This document shows, in pieces, positions 21,644 through 32,400 of a stretch of DNA of 64,000 nt; the stretch's first letter is position 1; every line of letters starts with the position of its first letter. Source of the stretch: an uncultured Candidatus Melainabacteria bacterium (GTDB lineage: Bacteria; Cyanobacteriota; Vampirovibrionia; Gastranaerophilales; Gastranaerophilaceae). Both the position numbers and the translations under genes were made by a program. The stretch spans positions 3,513-67,512 of the forward strand of contig CALEJY010000250.1 of NCBI GenBank assembly GCA_937898445.1, written 5' to 3'. Under the pieces are notes generated by a model. It made no database searches, was not told where the DNA came from, and saw nothing but the letters and a program-made list of their open reading frames with translations.

Positions 21644-22219
21644 CTAATTTATTTCTAAAAAAGTATTATCTGCTAATTGTAAATTCGTTCCGTCTGCTAA
21701 TCCTAAATAGTTTTTACCTAAAACACTTCCAGTTGATATCTCTAAGAATGTTCCGTCTGCTAATTGTAAATTCGTTCCGTCTGCTAATTGTAGATAATCT
21801 CCACTTATAGGAGTAATTATTCCTGATCCAACTTTCTTTTCTAAAGCTAAAACTCTTTCTTGCAGGCTTTTAATTGTTTCTAAAAGCTCTTTTATTATTC
21901 CTTCATGAGCAGATTGATTTCCTAAAGTATCTATTGTTCCTATATCAACCCAATAAACATCTTTATTGCTTGGAGCAGTTGCACTTTCTATAAAAACTTC
22001 CGAAACACTACCTTGTGCTATTGCTTCCCATACAGGTTCATCTTCTATATTTTCACAAGCATTATAATACTTCGTTTTTTCTTTAAAACAATAAACTTCA
22101 AATCCGGGAGGATATAAGATATTATTTTTATTTTCTATAAGGTCCGCATAGCTATCACATATCTGTCTTGAGTCTAAGTATAATCTTGAGGACAAATCGA
22201 AATTACTACCAATAATCAT
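21644..22219 (-). CDS. Hypothetical virion protein with C-terminal LQLADGT repeats
   Basis: Coiled-coil segment followed by two YL.LADGTNLQLAD.TFLEI blocks. Confidence 0.55.
   Translation of the reverse strand: MIIGSNFDLSSRLYLDSRQICDSYADLIENKNNILYPPGFEVYCFKEKTKYYNACENIEDEPVWEAIAQGSVSEVFIESATAPSNKDVYWVDIGTIDTLGNQSAHEGIIKELLETIKSLQERVLALEKKVGSGIITPISGDYLQLADGTNLQLADGTFLEISTGSVLGKNYLGLADGTNLQLADNTFLEIN
21669..21787. repeat. Duplicated ~32-nt block built of a 21-nt unit (encodes LQLADGT)
   Basis: tctgctaattgtaaattcgttccgtctgctaa at about 21669-21700 and 21756-21787. Confidence 0.75.
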
Positions 22220-22234
22220 TTATATCTCTCCTCT

Positions 22235-23401
22235 CTAAAAACTAAATGTGTATTTTATTTGAGATACACTAGCCTTATTTTTTATTTTATAAATATAATA
22301 ATTAACATTATTAATGTTTATTTCTTCTTTATCAAAATCATTTAAATATTCGAATCCGTTTCCGTCTTTTATGCTTTTTAATTCCCCATAACTTTTTGGG
22401 TAAGCATAGAAAACTCTTTTATCGGAATAAGATAGATTTATTGATTTATTTCCTTTTATTTCTACTAATTTTGTTCCTGCTTTAATATTTGTTTCTGTCA
22501 AACTATCAATAAATGTTCCATAGTAAAAAGGATAAACAAATGAAAAAGTTATACTAGAACTTCTTGTATTATTCTTACTGTCTGTAACTGATAATGTAAA
22601 AGTTTTTGTATCTGAAATTGTTGTATTATATGTATAACTTGTATCTTTAACCCCAATCGTACAATCAGTTAAACTAATTGATTTAGGAGTCATACTTGTA
22701 GTCCATGTAAACGTGCAACCGTTTATAGTTTCTACTCCTTTTTCATATACCGTCTTAGATAAATTACTTCTAAAAGAAGTAATAGATATAGGTTTATAAG
22801 TTAAATCGGAAATTTTTTCACTTAAACTATGTATTCCTTCTTCTATTTTATTCATTCTTACAGAAGAAATTATATCTGCTGTTTTCCAAAATGTTTTAAC
22901 ATATATTCCATTTTCATCAAATATAGTAACTTCTTCTGCTACATCTCCTACATAAGAAATATCTACTCCTGTTATATCTACTTGCCCGATCTCCGAATCA
23001 TCTTCGTCAAATAATGGCTCTAAAACATGGAATTGATTATAAATAGGAGGAATAGTAATAAATCCATCATCTTCGTCATATAAATCTATTTGGAAAACAT
23101 ATGTCCCTACTTCTGCTCTTTCATCTATTAAATCTTCTGTAACAGAAAATTTAGCATATCCATCTTCTACTTTTCTTTTTTCTGTAAAAAATTTTGTACC
23201 ATCTGGCTTAATAACTCTAAATCTAGCATATTCGGCATTATAACTAATAATGTAATTAATTTCATTTTCAAATTTAAAACAAGCATTTTTAATTTCGAAA
23301 TAATAATCTACGTTTTTATTTTTTCTGTATAGATAAATATTTTTATCCATACTGGCTTTATTCCCATTAACTGTTATCGTATAATTATAAAAAATAGCCA
23401 T
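22235..23401 (-). CDS. BppU-like baseplate/fibre-anchoring protein
   Basis: N-terminal domain with KPDG, IDE..EVGTY.FQIDLYD...TIPP. Ig-like C-terminal part. Confidence 0.6.
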   Translation of the reverse strand: MAIFYNYTITVNGNKASMDKNIYLYRKNKNVDYYFEIKNACFKFENEINYIISYNAEYARFRVIKPDGTKFFTEKRKVEDGYAKFSVTEDLIDERAEVGTYVFQIDLYDEDDGFITIPPIYNQFHVLEPLFDEDDSEIGQVDITGVDISYVGDVAEEVTIFDENGIYVKTFWKTADIISSVRMNKIEEGIHSLSEKISDLTYKPISITSFRSNLSKTVYEKGVETINGCTFTWTTSMTPKSISLTDCTIGVKDTSYTYNTTISDTKTFTLSVTDSKNNTRSSSITFSFVYPFYYGTFIDSLTETNIKAGTKLVEIKGNKSINLSYSDKRVFYAYPKSYGELKSIKDGNGFEYLNDFDKEEININNVNYYIYKIKNKASVSQIKYTFSF

Positions 23402-23411
23402 AAAATATCAC

Positions 23412-23834
23412 CTATTCTGTTGCTTCGCTATCTTCGAAAATAGGTGCAAGTACATGAAACTGTTCTATTACAGGAGGTATGGTTACTCTCCCTTTATTTG
23501 TCGCATTATCATATAAATCTATTTGAAAAGTATATTTACCTATTTCAGACACTTCATCCATAAATTTATCATCTATATTTAATTTAACTTTACCATCTTC
23601 AATAGGAATATTTGTTATTCTTTTTTTTACACCATTAGGTTTTAAAATTTTTATATCTGCGGTAGAAGCATTTAGACTTTCTATCATATCTACTGCATCA
23701 ATAAATTTAAAAGGAGCATTTTGTATTGTAAAATAATAAGTTATGTTTTTATTATCTTTATATAAATATATGTTTTTATTTAATTTAGCTTTATCTCCAT
23801 CTACGGTTATCGTATAGTCATAAAATATTGCCAT
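23412..23834 (-). CDS. BppU-like N-terminal-domain-only paralogue
   Basis: MAIFYDYTITV..KA...KNIYLY...KPNG...FQIDLYD...TIPP...QFHVL.P.F matches the N-terminus of 22235..23401. Confidence 0.6.
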   Translation of the reverse strand: MAIFYDYTITVDGDKAKLNKNIYLYKDNKNITYYFTIQNAPFKFIDAVDMIESLNASTADIKILKPNGVKKRITNIPIEDGKVKLNIDDKFMDEVSEIGKYTFQIDLYDNATNKGRVTIPPVIEQFHVLAPIFEDSEATE

Positions 23835-23852
23835 ACGAAATCACCTCCTTAT

Positions 23853-23881
23853 AAAAAAAATAACGAGGGAAAATCCCTCGT
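23853..23881 (-). terminator. Rho-independent terminator after holin
   Basis: Minus strand ACGAGGGA-TTT-TCCCTCGT followed by TATTTTTTTT. Confidence 0.75.
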
Positions 23882-23885
23882 CATA

Positions 23886-24143
23886 CTATTCATCATCGTG
23901 TTCATAACCGTTGTTATTCAATATACCTAATCCTACAAATATTGTTAATAAAGAATTCATTAATTGTTCAAAATCATTAGGTAAGCAAGTAAATCCAAAA
24001 GTTTGTGATACTAAAACTATAAGAGATACTACTGATACCCAAAAGTACTTATTTCTTATTTGTTTCTTTAAATTAAGTTTTTTAATTTTAATTTTTATTT
24101 TTTCTATAAACTTATTCATCTTCTTTGACCTCCTTATGGTCAA
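23886..24143 (-). CDS. Holin (phi LC3-like, two TM segments)
   Basis: IRNKYFWVSVVSLIVLV...LLTIFVGLGILNN. Probable start at 24119 (GGAGG RBS). Confidence 0.8.
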   Translation of the reverse strand: MTIRRSKKMNKFIEKIKIKIKKLNLKKQIRNKYFWVSVVSLIVLVSQTFGFTCLPNDFEQLMNSLLTIFVGLGILNNNGYEHDDE

Positions 24144-24438
24144 TATTTAATTCATTTTCTATTGTATTTAACCTCATTGAATGTTTAAGCATTATTTTTT
24201 CTATTTCAGAGATTCTATTTTTATTTCTTTCATCCTCTTCTCTTGATTCGTTCATTTGTTTTTTTAAATCATTTAATGATTCTAATATAAAATCTAATTT
24301 AACTTCCACAGTCGCTCTTTCTCTTCCGTTTCTATCGTTTTCTTTGCTTCTAGAAGATAAGAATGACCCTACGCCTATTATCATGGCGATACATGAAAAT
24401 ACTAACTCTAAAGATATTGTATACATATTAGAATCCAT
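24112..24438 (-). CDS. Single-TM coiled-coil lysis-associated protein (XhlA/holin-like)
   Basis: N-terminal hydrophobic helix then G...VEVKLD.I...L coiled coil. Directly upstream of the holin. Confidence 0.6.
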   Translation of the reverse strand: MDSNMYTISLELVFSCIAMIIGVGSFLSSRSKENDRNGRERATVEVKLDFILESLNDLKKQMNESREEDERNKNRISEIEKIMLKHSMRLNTIENELNIDHKEVKEDE

Positions 24439-24934
24439 AAACTTCTATCTCTGTCCCTGATTTAAAAGTGAATGAAGTTGAATCGCCATATAATTCGATA
24501 GATTTTATACCATTTGCTTGTTCTTTTACTACTCTAAAGAATCCATTATCAAATAGAACAGAGCTTTCAAGTATATCTTGGTTAAGATATTTTGTGTCTC
24601 TTTCTATAAAAAATCCTTTATCTTCATATGTTTCGTAAATATATCTAGTACCATTAGCATAAGTTGAAGCGACCCCTGAAAACTCAATAGTACTATTTAT
24701 TTTACACATAGGTTTACTTGCTACATTAGAAACAACTTTTCCAACGATTATTATTTTTTCACAATTAAAATCATTACCTTCTGTGTCTTTATTAATAAAT
24801 ATTTTTGAATTATTTGCAGTTAATTTAACTTCTGATAAAAGCTTCCATTTTTTTTCTTCTTTTACTTCATTATTTTTATTGTCAGAACTCTCTTCCGTTC
24901 TTCCAACACCTACAAATATTGCCATCTTAACCAT
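24428..24934 (-). CDS. Hypothetical protein (beta-rich; WKLL..V...GTEIEVYG)
   Basis: ORF with GGAG RBS in operon context. Confidence 0.5.
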   Translation of the reverse strand: MVKMAIFVGVGRTEESSDNKNNEVKEEKKWKLLSEVKLTANNSKIFINKDTEGNDFNCEKIIIVGKVVSNVASKPMCKINSTIEFSGVASTYANGTRYIYETYEDKGFFIERDTKYLNQDILESSVLFDNGFFRVVKEQANGIKSIELYGDSTSFTFKSGTEIEVYGF

Positions 24935-24983
24935 CTCCTTTTTCTTAAAAATACCTTATTGGTTTATATTAAATTTGATATAT

Positions 24984-25367
24984 TTAAAACATATCTCGTA
25001 ATATATCATCTAATATAATTATAAAATATGAAAGTATAAACCATAAAAAAGAAAAAGGTAAACATATTTGTCCCATAATATTAAACACAACATTGGAATA
25101 ATTCCATATCCCCAATCCTAATTTTATATTCAAAATATATCCAAATATAAATTCAAGGACAGTAATTATTACTGTCCCCAATAACATTTGATGCCACATT
25201 TTCATTTTTGGAGTTATTTCATTGATTAATCCAATAAGAACACTTACTAATCCTCCGAGAACTATCATAGTCCAATGTGAATGTCCTCTATAAAGCATTT
25301 CTAAAAGAAAATAAGATATACCGAATATTATAAAAATAAAAAATTCCTTTTTTAAGAATTTATTCAT
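24984..25367 (-). CDS. Four-TM membrane protein (CmpB/putative-permease-like family common near phage lysis genes)
   Basis: YFLLEMLYRGHSHWTM..LGG...LEFIFG..LN..LGL.IWNYS...NIMGQICL.FS..W. Confidence 0.65.
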   Translation of the reverse strand: MNKFLKKEFFIFIIFGISYFLLEMLYRGHSHWTMIVLGGLVSVLIGLINEITPKMKMWHQMLLGTVIITVLEFIFGYILNIKLGLGIWNYSNVVFNIMGQICLPFSFLWFILSYFIIILDDILRDMF

Positions 25368-25368
25368 T

Positions 25369-28300
25369 TTAACTCACTTCCCTTACCTCTGAATATAATC
25401 CTGAAACATATGCTTCCTTTCCTTTAAAATCTATTTTATTCCATCCGTTTGAGCAAGTTCCTAACCAAGTAAAATGACATCCGTTAACTGCTTGCCCAAT
25501 AATATCATAAGAAGTACTTTCGCCTTTTCTTATATTTACTCCGTTTGTAGTTATTACTATTTTATTATTGTTGACTATATCGCCAACTAAAGCAACAGCA
25601 TTTAATTCGTCATATGCGTCTGCTGTTTGTTTATCTTGCATGCATATTTTAATATTTAGTGTATCGTCAGTTTCTTCACATCTATCCATTACAGTAAATA
25701 TTTTACCATCCAACTCTGTGTTAGTTCCTTGTAAGAATACTTTACTTCCTAAAGGAATTGAATCTGGAGCAGCACATATTAATTCATTTGGATATCCTAT
25801 GCATTCATTGCCCATTGCATCTACAGTTGATGAAGAAGTAGAAGAAGTAGAAACAGTTATTATATCTTGGAATTCTTTTTTTACATTATCGTCATCATAA
25901 AAATATGGTAATTGGTCATTTTCGATTTTGTAAAAACGAAGATATAATTCAACATTTTTTGCTGTTCCCGGACCAGATCTCAATAACGTATGTCCTGTAT
26001 CATGATACCATTGTCTATAAGTCAAATATCCTAAATCCCCATTTTTAAATATTTCTTTAACTTTTTCTTGTACTTGTGAGTTTTGCTTACTTAAAGAGCC
26101 ACTATTAACAAGAGTGTATCCATACTTGTCGCATACATATTTACTACATATAAAATTTAATGCACCTTCACCCATATTATATGCAACTAAAGAATGTATG
26201 ATATTCCAGTAATGTTTTTTAGCTTGTTGTCTAAGTTCACTACATCCAAATTCTAATTGTAGTCTTCTACCGCTGTCTGTTGAACCATTTAACGTACTCA
26301 TAGATAATGTTACTTGTTTAGTCGTACCATCTAAGTATTTAATGGTTTGAACCCCTGAATTTACTTTTCCTGAATAAGGATTTTTATATCCCTTTACAAA
26401 TACACTTCTTTCAACTTGCATTAATCCATATCCACTACTACTGGAAGGAGAACCTGCTGTTGGATTCCCTCCGCTTTCTGCTGCGATTACCATTGTTACT
26501 ATTGCAGGGTCTATACCAAATTTCGGAGCAATTTCATTTATTAATGAACTCCATTGTAAAGTATTAGTATAATTAGAAGAATTAAGAGCAGTTCCAATGT
26601 TAAGATTTGTTAATATTTTTTTAGCTTCAGAAATTGAAGTTTTATCTGATTTTGAACTTGTAGGATAATAAGTAGATATATGAGTTTTATAAGTCTTGCC
26701 TTTAAGTTCTACTGTCCCACTTTCTGTTTTTGTCCAAGGACATTCAGATAAATATGTAATCCAAGGTAATTTACCATGTTTTGACCATGTTCTTGAAACA
26801 CCATTATAACTTTTTTTGAAAGGATTGTTTCCTAGCCCTGTTATTTGAACTTTATTTTTCCAAGAAGGAGTACATTCAATTACTAATCCTTCGCCTACAT
26901 ATACTCCAATGTGTCCCTTAACCCATACTGCTTCGCCAAGTTGTATATCCTCCCAAGAATCACCATTAGAGGAGTTATAACTTTTTACATCCTTACATAC
27001 GGCAATACATCCATCTGCATTTACATCTTGTACTCCATTACTACCATAAACCGCTCCACCTAAATTTTGAGTAGTATCTGCGTTCCAACCCCAAAGAACT
27101 GATTTGATAAGATTGACGCAGTCGAAACTCCAAATTAATTTCCCAGTAGCAATAGCTTTTCTGTAAGCTTCCATTCTGCTGCTTGTATAAAACCAAGGAT
27201 AAGCACTCGCTCTATTAGCAATTAATGCACTTGTAAGTTTTTGTCCTACTGCTCCATATACATACATTGTTTCATGGTCTTGAACTATCTCATTTAATTT
27301 TGCTACTAATTGATATTGATTTGTAATTTTACCAGTCACCCTCGGAAAGTCTTTAAAACTTATATTAGAAGGAGTAGGTACAACCTCTACATTATCACTC
27401 ATAACATAAGAAATATTATAATCTACTTCATAAGATTGAATAGCGCTATTATCTGTTTTTCTAAAAGTAAATCTAACTTTTTTTGCTTCCGCAGGTACTA
27501 ATTCATCGAATATGGTATCTCCTACACTTTTATAAGATAAAAGTCCATTGCTTGAATTATAATAAAGCACATTTGCAATTACCATATTTTTATTTTTTAA
27601 TTTAAGTTTTATACCTTTTACATTTCCTAAATTTATATATCCTTTATTCCTAACATAATTATTTGAATCGACATTTGCTCCTGTAGACAAAGATATATTA
27701 CCATTTTCTAATAAATTTTCAGTAGGTGTTTCAGTTGGGTCATCTCCTATGTCCCATCCTCCGCCCCCACTAGACGAAGCTGTTAATTGAGGTCTCGATA
27801 TTAAGCTGATCTTTTCAGTAGATGTATTTGATAAAGCAACTTTCCTTAAACCATTTACATTTGTATCATTTGAGACATCATAGACATATATAACACCACT
27901 TTCTATACTTGATACTAATGCGACATGTCCGATTCTCATAAATCTTGTTCCCCATGTACTTACCTGATTGACTGGAGTTTCAGAATAAAATATTATATCT
28001 CCAACTTGTAGATTTTTAAAATTTTCACCCCAATATTCTTTAGGAAGAATCCATCCTTGTTGTATACAATATCTAGCTTGTTCAGATGATGTTCTAGGTA
28101 ATTCGATGGCATATGAACAATTAGAAGTTCTAGCATTATTTGAACTAGCCCAATTTAAATATTTAGAATCAGAATAAGTTATGTATCTATAAGCTAAAGA
28201 AATTAAAGTTGCATCATCAATATAATATTTCCCACTTGAATTTGTTACATCACTCTTAGAACTTACAGAAGATAATATTGTATTTGTTCCATAACAAAAA

Positions 28301-29223
28301 TCAGAGGCACTATCAATATATGATTTTGCTACTCCTACTATATTACTACCTCCAGTAAAATTAGATAAGTTTGCAACATATCCATAACTCGCACTATATA
28401 CCTTACCTATTAATCTTGTTCCACCATAAGAAATTTCTATTCTGTAATCCGTAGAGATTCTAGGAATAAATGCTCCGAAAATACAGTCATCTCCAACCAT
28501 ATATAAACTTGTAGATTGAGAAAATTTCATCGGAGTGTTATCTCTTGTTCTAAAATTAACAACCGCATTATAATCAGGCAAAGGAACTTCTGTACTATTT
28601 ACCAATAAAGATAATGAACTTAATGTTCCAAATATGTATATATTGTTTGTTCTAGCTATAACCGAAGCTTTAGAAGAAGTTTTATCAATATTTGTTGTTA
28701 CTTGAGTAGGAGCGGTTACTCCATCTCCGTCTACTGTTATACTTTCACCTCTTGGAAGTCCTAAACTCAATATAAAATTATTATCTGTTGGTTCTTCTAT
28801 TACGGCTGTAGCTTCTGAACCTGCTGGTAGTGTTGTTACAGTCCCTATTTTTATAGAAATATCTGTTGAGGAACTTCCACCGCCACCACTACTACTTCCG
28901 CCACCAATATCGGCAACGGAAAATAAATTTATCCAGTTTTTCTCACCTTTATGTCTCCATTTAACCCATACACCATCAAAGACCATTTCTACTTCCCCTG
29001 ATCCTTCTGTGGCTGATATTGGTAAAGTTGCTCCATCTCCGATAGTAGTCCCATCTTTTGATTGTAAGAATATATTATTATTTGCATTTATTTTTATATC
29101 TATAGGAACTGCTTTTAATAGGTCTTGTACTTTTATTCTTTTAGTACTTTCCGTATCTTCTATTATAAGAAAATCATCTTCGGAATATATACTTTTAATA
29201 TTTAAATCTTCTATAAAACTCAA
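25369..29223 (-). CDS. Multi-domain virion peptidoglycan hydrolase: two NlpC/P60-like domains, SLT lytic transglycosylase, 3D-like domain, SH3b
   Basis: FDCVNLIK...HIGVY..IEC (NlpC/P60). IAAESGG, GLMQ, AYNMG (SLT). ICAAPDSIPLGSKV..DG..FTVMDR (3D-like). VNIRKG.STSY.IIG..W.KI...G..AYVS..Y (SH3b). Confidence 0.8.
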   Translation of the reverse strand: MSFIEDLNIKSIYSEDDFLIIEDTESTKRIKVQDLLKAVPIDIKINANNNIFLQSKDGTTIGDGATLPISATEGSGEVEMVFDGVWVKWRHKGEKNWINLFSVADIGGGSSSGGGGSSSTDISIKIGTVTTLPAGSEATAVIEEPTDNNFILSLGLPRGESITVDGDGVTAPTQVTTNIDKTSSKASVIARTNNIYIFGTLSSLSLLVNSTEVPLPDYNAVVNFRTRDNTPMKFSQSTSLYMVGDDCIFGAFIPRISTDYRIEISYGGTRLIGKVYSASYGYVANLSNFTGGSNIVGVAKSYIDSASDFCYGTNTILSSVSSKSDVTNSSGKYYIDDATLISLAYRYITYSDSKYLNWASSNNARTSNCSYAIELPRTSSEQARYCIQQGWILPKEYWGENFKNLQVGDIIFYSETPVNQVSTWGTRFMRIGHVALVSSIESGVIYVYDVSNDTNVNGLRKVALSNTSTEKISLISRPQLTASSSGGGGWDIGDDPTETPTENLLENGNISLSTGANVDSNNYVRNKGYINLGNVKGIKLKLKNKNMVIANVLYYNSSNGLLSYKSVGDTIFDELVPAEAKKVRFTFRKTDNSAIQSYEVDYNISYVMSDNVEVVPTPSNISFKDFPRVTGKITNQYQLVAKLNEIVQDHETMYVYGAVGQKLTSALIANRASAYPWFYTSSRMEAYRKAIATGKLIWSFDCVNLIKSVLWGWNADTTQNLGGAVYGSNGVQDVNADGCIAVCKDVKSYNSSNGDSWEDIQLGEAVWVKGHIGVYVGEGLVIECTPSWKNKVQITGLGNNPFKKSYNGVSRTWSKHGKLPWITYLSECPWTKTESGTVELKGKTYKTHISTYYPTSSKSDKTSISEAKKILTNLNIGTALNSSNYTNTLQWSSLINEIAPKFGIDPAIVTMVIAAESGGNPTAGSPSSSSGYGLMQVERSVFVKGYKNPYSGKVNSGVQTIKYLDGTTKQVTLSMSTLNGSTDSGRRLQLEFGCSELRQQAKKHYWNIIHSLVAYNMGEGALNFICSKYVCDKYGYTLVNSGSLSKQNSQVQEKVKEIFKNGDLGYLTYRQWYHDTGHTLLRSGPGTAKNVELYLRFYKIENDQLPYFYDDDNVKKEFQDIITVSTSSTSSSTVDAMGNECIGYPNELICAAPDSIPLGSKVFLQGTNTELDGKIFTVMDRCEETDDTLNIKICMQDKQTADAYDELNAVALVGDIVNNNKIVITTNGVNIRKGESTSYDIIGQAVNGCHFTWLGTCSNGWNKIDFKGKEAYVSGLYSEVREVS

Positions 29224-29400
29224 CTAATTCACCTCCTTACTTCCTTCATCTAAATAACTTTGTAATAATGCGGTTAATTTTTTAATTTCTTCTTCTTGTT
29301 GCTGTATTAGAGCTTCTTTTAATATTACTATTTCTTGAAGCTCTAATACCCTTTCTAATGCTACTTTGTACGCATATTCTGTTTTAACTTGTTTATTCAT
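29224..29400 (-). CDS. Small 58-aa coiled-coil protein (not in ORF track), possible fibre chaperone
   Basis: ATG at 29400 after GGGAGAG RBS. MNKQVKTEYAYKVALERVLELQEIVILKEALIQQQEEEIKKL...; fills the gap between flanking genes exactly. Confidence 0.65.
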   Translation of the reverse strand: MNKQVKTEYAYKVALERVLELQEIVILKEALIQQQEEEIKKLTALLQSYLDEGSKEVN

Positions 29401-29414
29401 AAAACCACTCTCCC

Positions 29415-32400
29415 TTATTTAGTAATAGTTATTTCTAATTTAAGTCCGTCATAATGAGAATATTGATTTTGAGGATTTCCATTATCATCAACATAGAATT
29501 GAAGTTCGCTTGCTCCATTTAATAAAGCGCTATTTATTGATGTACTACTTATAGGTATTGTTTTTATATCTCCTCTAGCAAATTTAACACTACTATTTTG
29601 ATAGAAACTAGAATAAGAACCTGTAGTTGGATTACCAAATCTCATTACTGGATATGGAACTGCTGCAGCTATACCATGACTTGTAGATAATCTGTGACAA
29701 GTTAATGAAATACTATCTATTGATTTTGCAGAACTTAAAAAGTCTAGTGCATCTTGAGGTAAAGTAGCTTTTCCTCTGTGTTTCTTATAAGTTTTATATC
29801 TACCTTGCGCTATTTTACCAGTAAATCCTGAAGTAGCTAATCCTGTTCCTTCAGGTATACTCTTTAGATTGATTAATGTAAATGTCTTAGTTACTGTTGA
29901 TGGTTCAGTAACTTCTCCACCACCAGTACCTCCACCACCAGATGAATTATACCAATTATCTGTATCTGTTTCAGTTAAAGTCCCTCTTTGATGTATAAAA
30001 CCTCTATTGATACTATCGTTTTGTTCTGTTGTTGATGTAATCATACCTCCGGAAACTATCATTCCTCCGTCTATTGCTGTTCTTCTGTATTTTGTTTTTC
30101 CTTTAGTATTAAAGAAACAAATTTGTGAAGCATTTATACTTGATACTGGAGTTTCAAAATGAAGCAAATCACATAACCCTACGATACCTCTCGCTCCATT
30201 AGTGTATTTTGCAAAAGCACCAAAATAACTTGTATTAGTAGTTGAAAGATTTTTACTTTTAAACCCAGTAATTTGACAATAACAATTATCTACTACAATC
30301 GTATCTAATCCTTTTGATTCATAAGAGTATAATGTTGCTCCATCAGTCGAAGTTAATTGTTTATTACCTTCTAATATAGTATCAATAGTATTATTTCTTA
30401 TATTAAAATTACCATATGCTATACAACTTTTATCGTAATTCAATTTTAATGAGCCATGTCCCAAAAATCCTTCTACACGAACATCCTCATTGTATGTCCC
30501 TGCAGCTATTTCTATGACGATATTTTCATTATCAAAATATGTTCCGTATTTTTCTTTTATGGTATTTAAAACTTCATTAATAGAACTAGCTTTATTATTA
30601 GAATCTTCTCCTTGCCCGTTTCCTGTCTTAGTTTCTGCTACATACCAAGTTTTAGGCATATTTGTTTCAGCAGTACTTTTAACTAAGTTTGTACCATTAA
30701 TTTTGTTTGTATTTAGATTTGAAATGAAACACTCATCCATAGTAAAATATGCTATCGGTGTACCATTTGATTCTTTAAAGATATATAGTCCTCTACCATT
30801 AATATTAGTTCTTGCCATTGGAGTAGAACCATCTATAACTTCACCATTATCGTCAAAACTTGATTCATCATACATTTTCACTACTATACCTTCGGAAGAA
30901 ACAGTAGTTATATTGTTTTCTATTTTACTATTCATATTTGTGAATCTTAATGTGAAGTCATCAATTGTTTGAGTCAAGGAACTTTGTCTTGCAAAAACAA
31001 CAGAGCCATCTGATTCTTTAGCTTCTTTAACAGTATTAATAATTTCTGTAGGAGTTAATTTTGAAAGGGATTCGTTTGTAGTTTTTTGATATGTATCTAA
31101 GTTTTCTGATATTTCCCCAACTTTAGTAGTTATTTTACCTATTTCTGTAGTAATAGATTGGTATTGTTCCATTCTTTCACTACGTTCATCATTTATTTTT
31201 TTATCTGAAATGGCATCAATAGCCTCATTTACTCTCTTTTTATAATTAGAAAGAGCATCTCTATATTTTGTCATTGCAGTATTAATTTTGTTTCTATCAG
31301 AATCGTCTACGATACTTGTTTTTTGAAGTAAAGTGTTAATTTCATTTACTAATGCTGTGTGCATAGAGACATAATTATCATATGCAGTTTTTAAATTTGT
31401 TTTTGGAGTGGTAACACTATCTTTATCAACCAGATCTCCATTGTTGTATACAGAGGCATAATCAGCATCTATATCTAGTTTTTCAGTTTGTAATGCCTGC
31501 AAAGATTGTTTAATGCTTAATTTTTCTGCATCACTTAATATACCGTCTTTGAATACTCCGTCTAAATTAGTTTGTAAATCAGATATTGTTTTATTAATAT
31601 TGTCGATATTTTTTTGTAATTCATCTTTAGTTTTTTCAACAAAAGTCTTTATACTTTCTTGAACCATTTCTGAATAAACCACACTATAATTTTTCAATGC
31701 AGTATCGTGGTCTTCGATATATGGATTTAAGATATCTCTATCTTCTGTAGATAACATATCCGTTCTAGCTAATAAATTATCTAAAGCTGTGCATAATGCA
31801 TCATATTTTTGAACATATGTATTATATGCATTTGTAAGTTTTGTTTTACTATCATTTGATAAGTTTTGTAACATATCATTATATTTAGTAGTTACTGCAT
31901 CTTTTTTAGTTTTAAAAGTATTAAAATTTTCTCTTATTTGAGCCTTTTCTTCATTTGTTAATACGGAATCATCAAATATATCTTCCATACTATCATTTAA
32001 AGATTCTAAAGCTTCTTCTACTTCAACTATTTCTTTATTCATTGCAGATTTTAAATTATCTAAAATATTCTTAGTAATATTATTCATAACAACTTGATGT
32101 TGTTGTGTAAAAGCATCTAATTTAGTTTTATAGTTATCATAGGCAGATGTATAACTGTTTCTTAAAGCAGTAGTTATTCTGCCTGTTGAATTAATAATAT
32201 CATTAATTTTAGAAACATAATTGTTGTAGGCTGTTTCATAATGATTATAAGCTCGTTTATAATTTGCTCTCGTTAAAACAGATAAATTCTTATTTTTCCA
32301 AATTTCAATATATTTATTTTTTAACTCAACTTTTGAAAGTTCTAATTCTTTTAATTGTGATTGAAGAATTCTTCTTTCACTTTTATCAACTATATTATCT

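Noticed and set aside
21669..21787. Short direct repeats resembling a mini-CRISPR
   Set aside because: They are in-frame coding repeats (LQLADGT) without unique spacers or cas genes.
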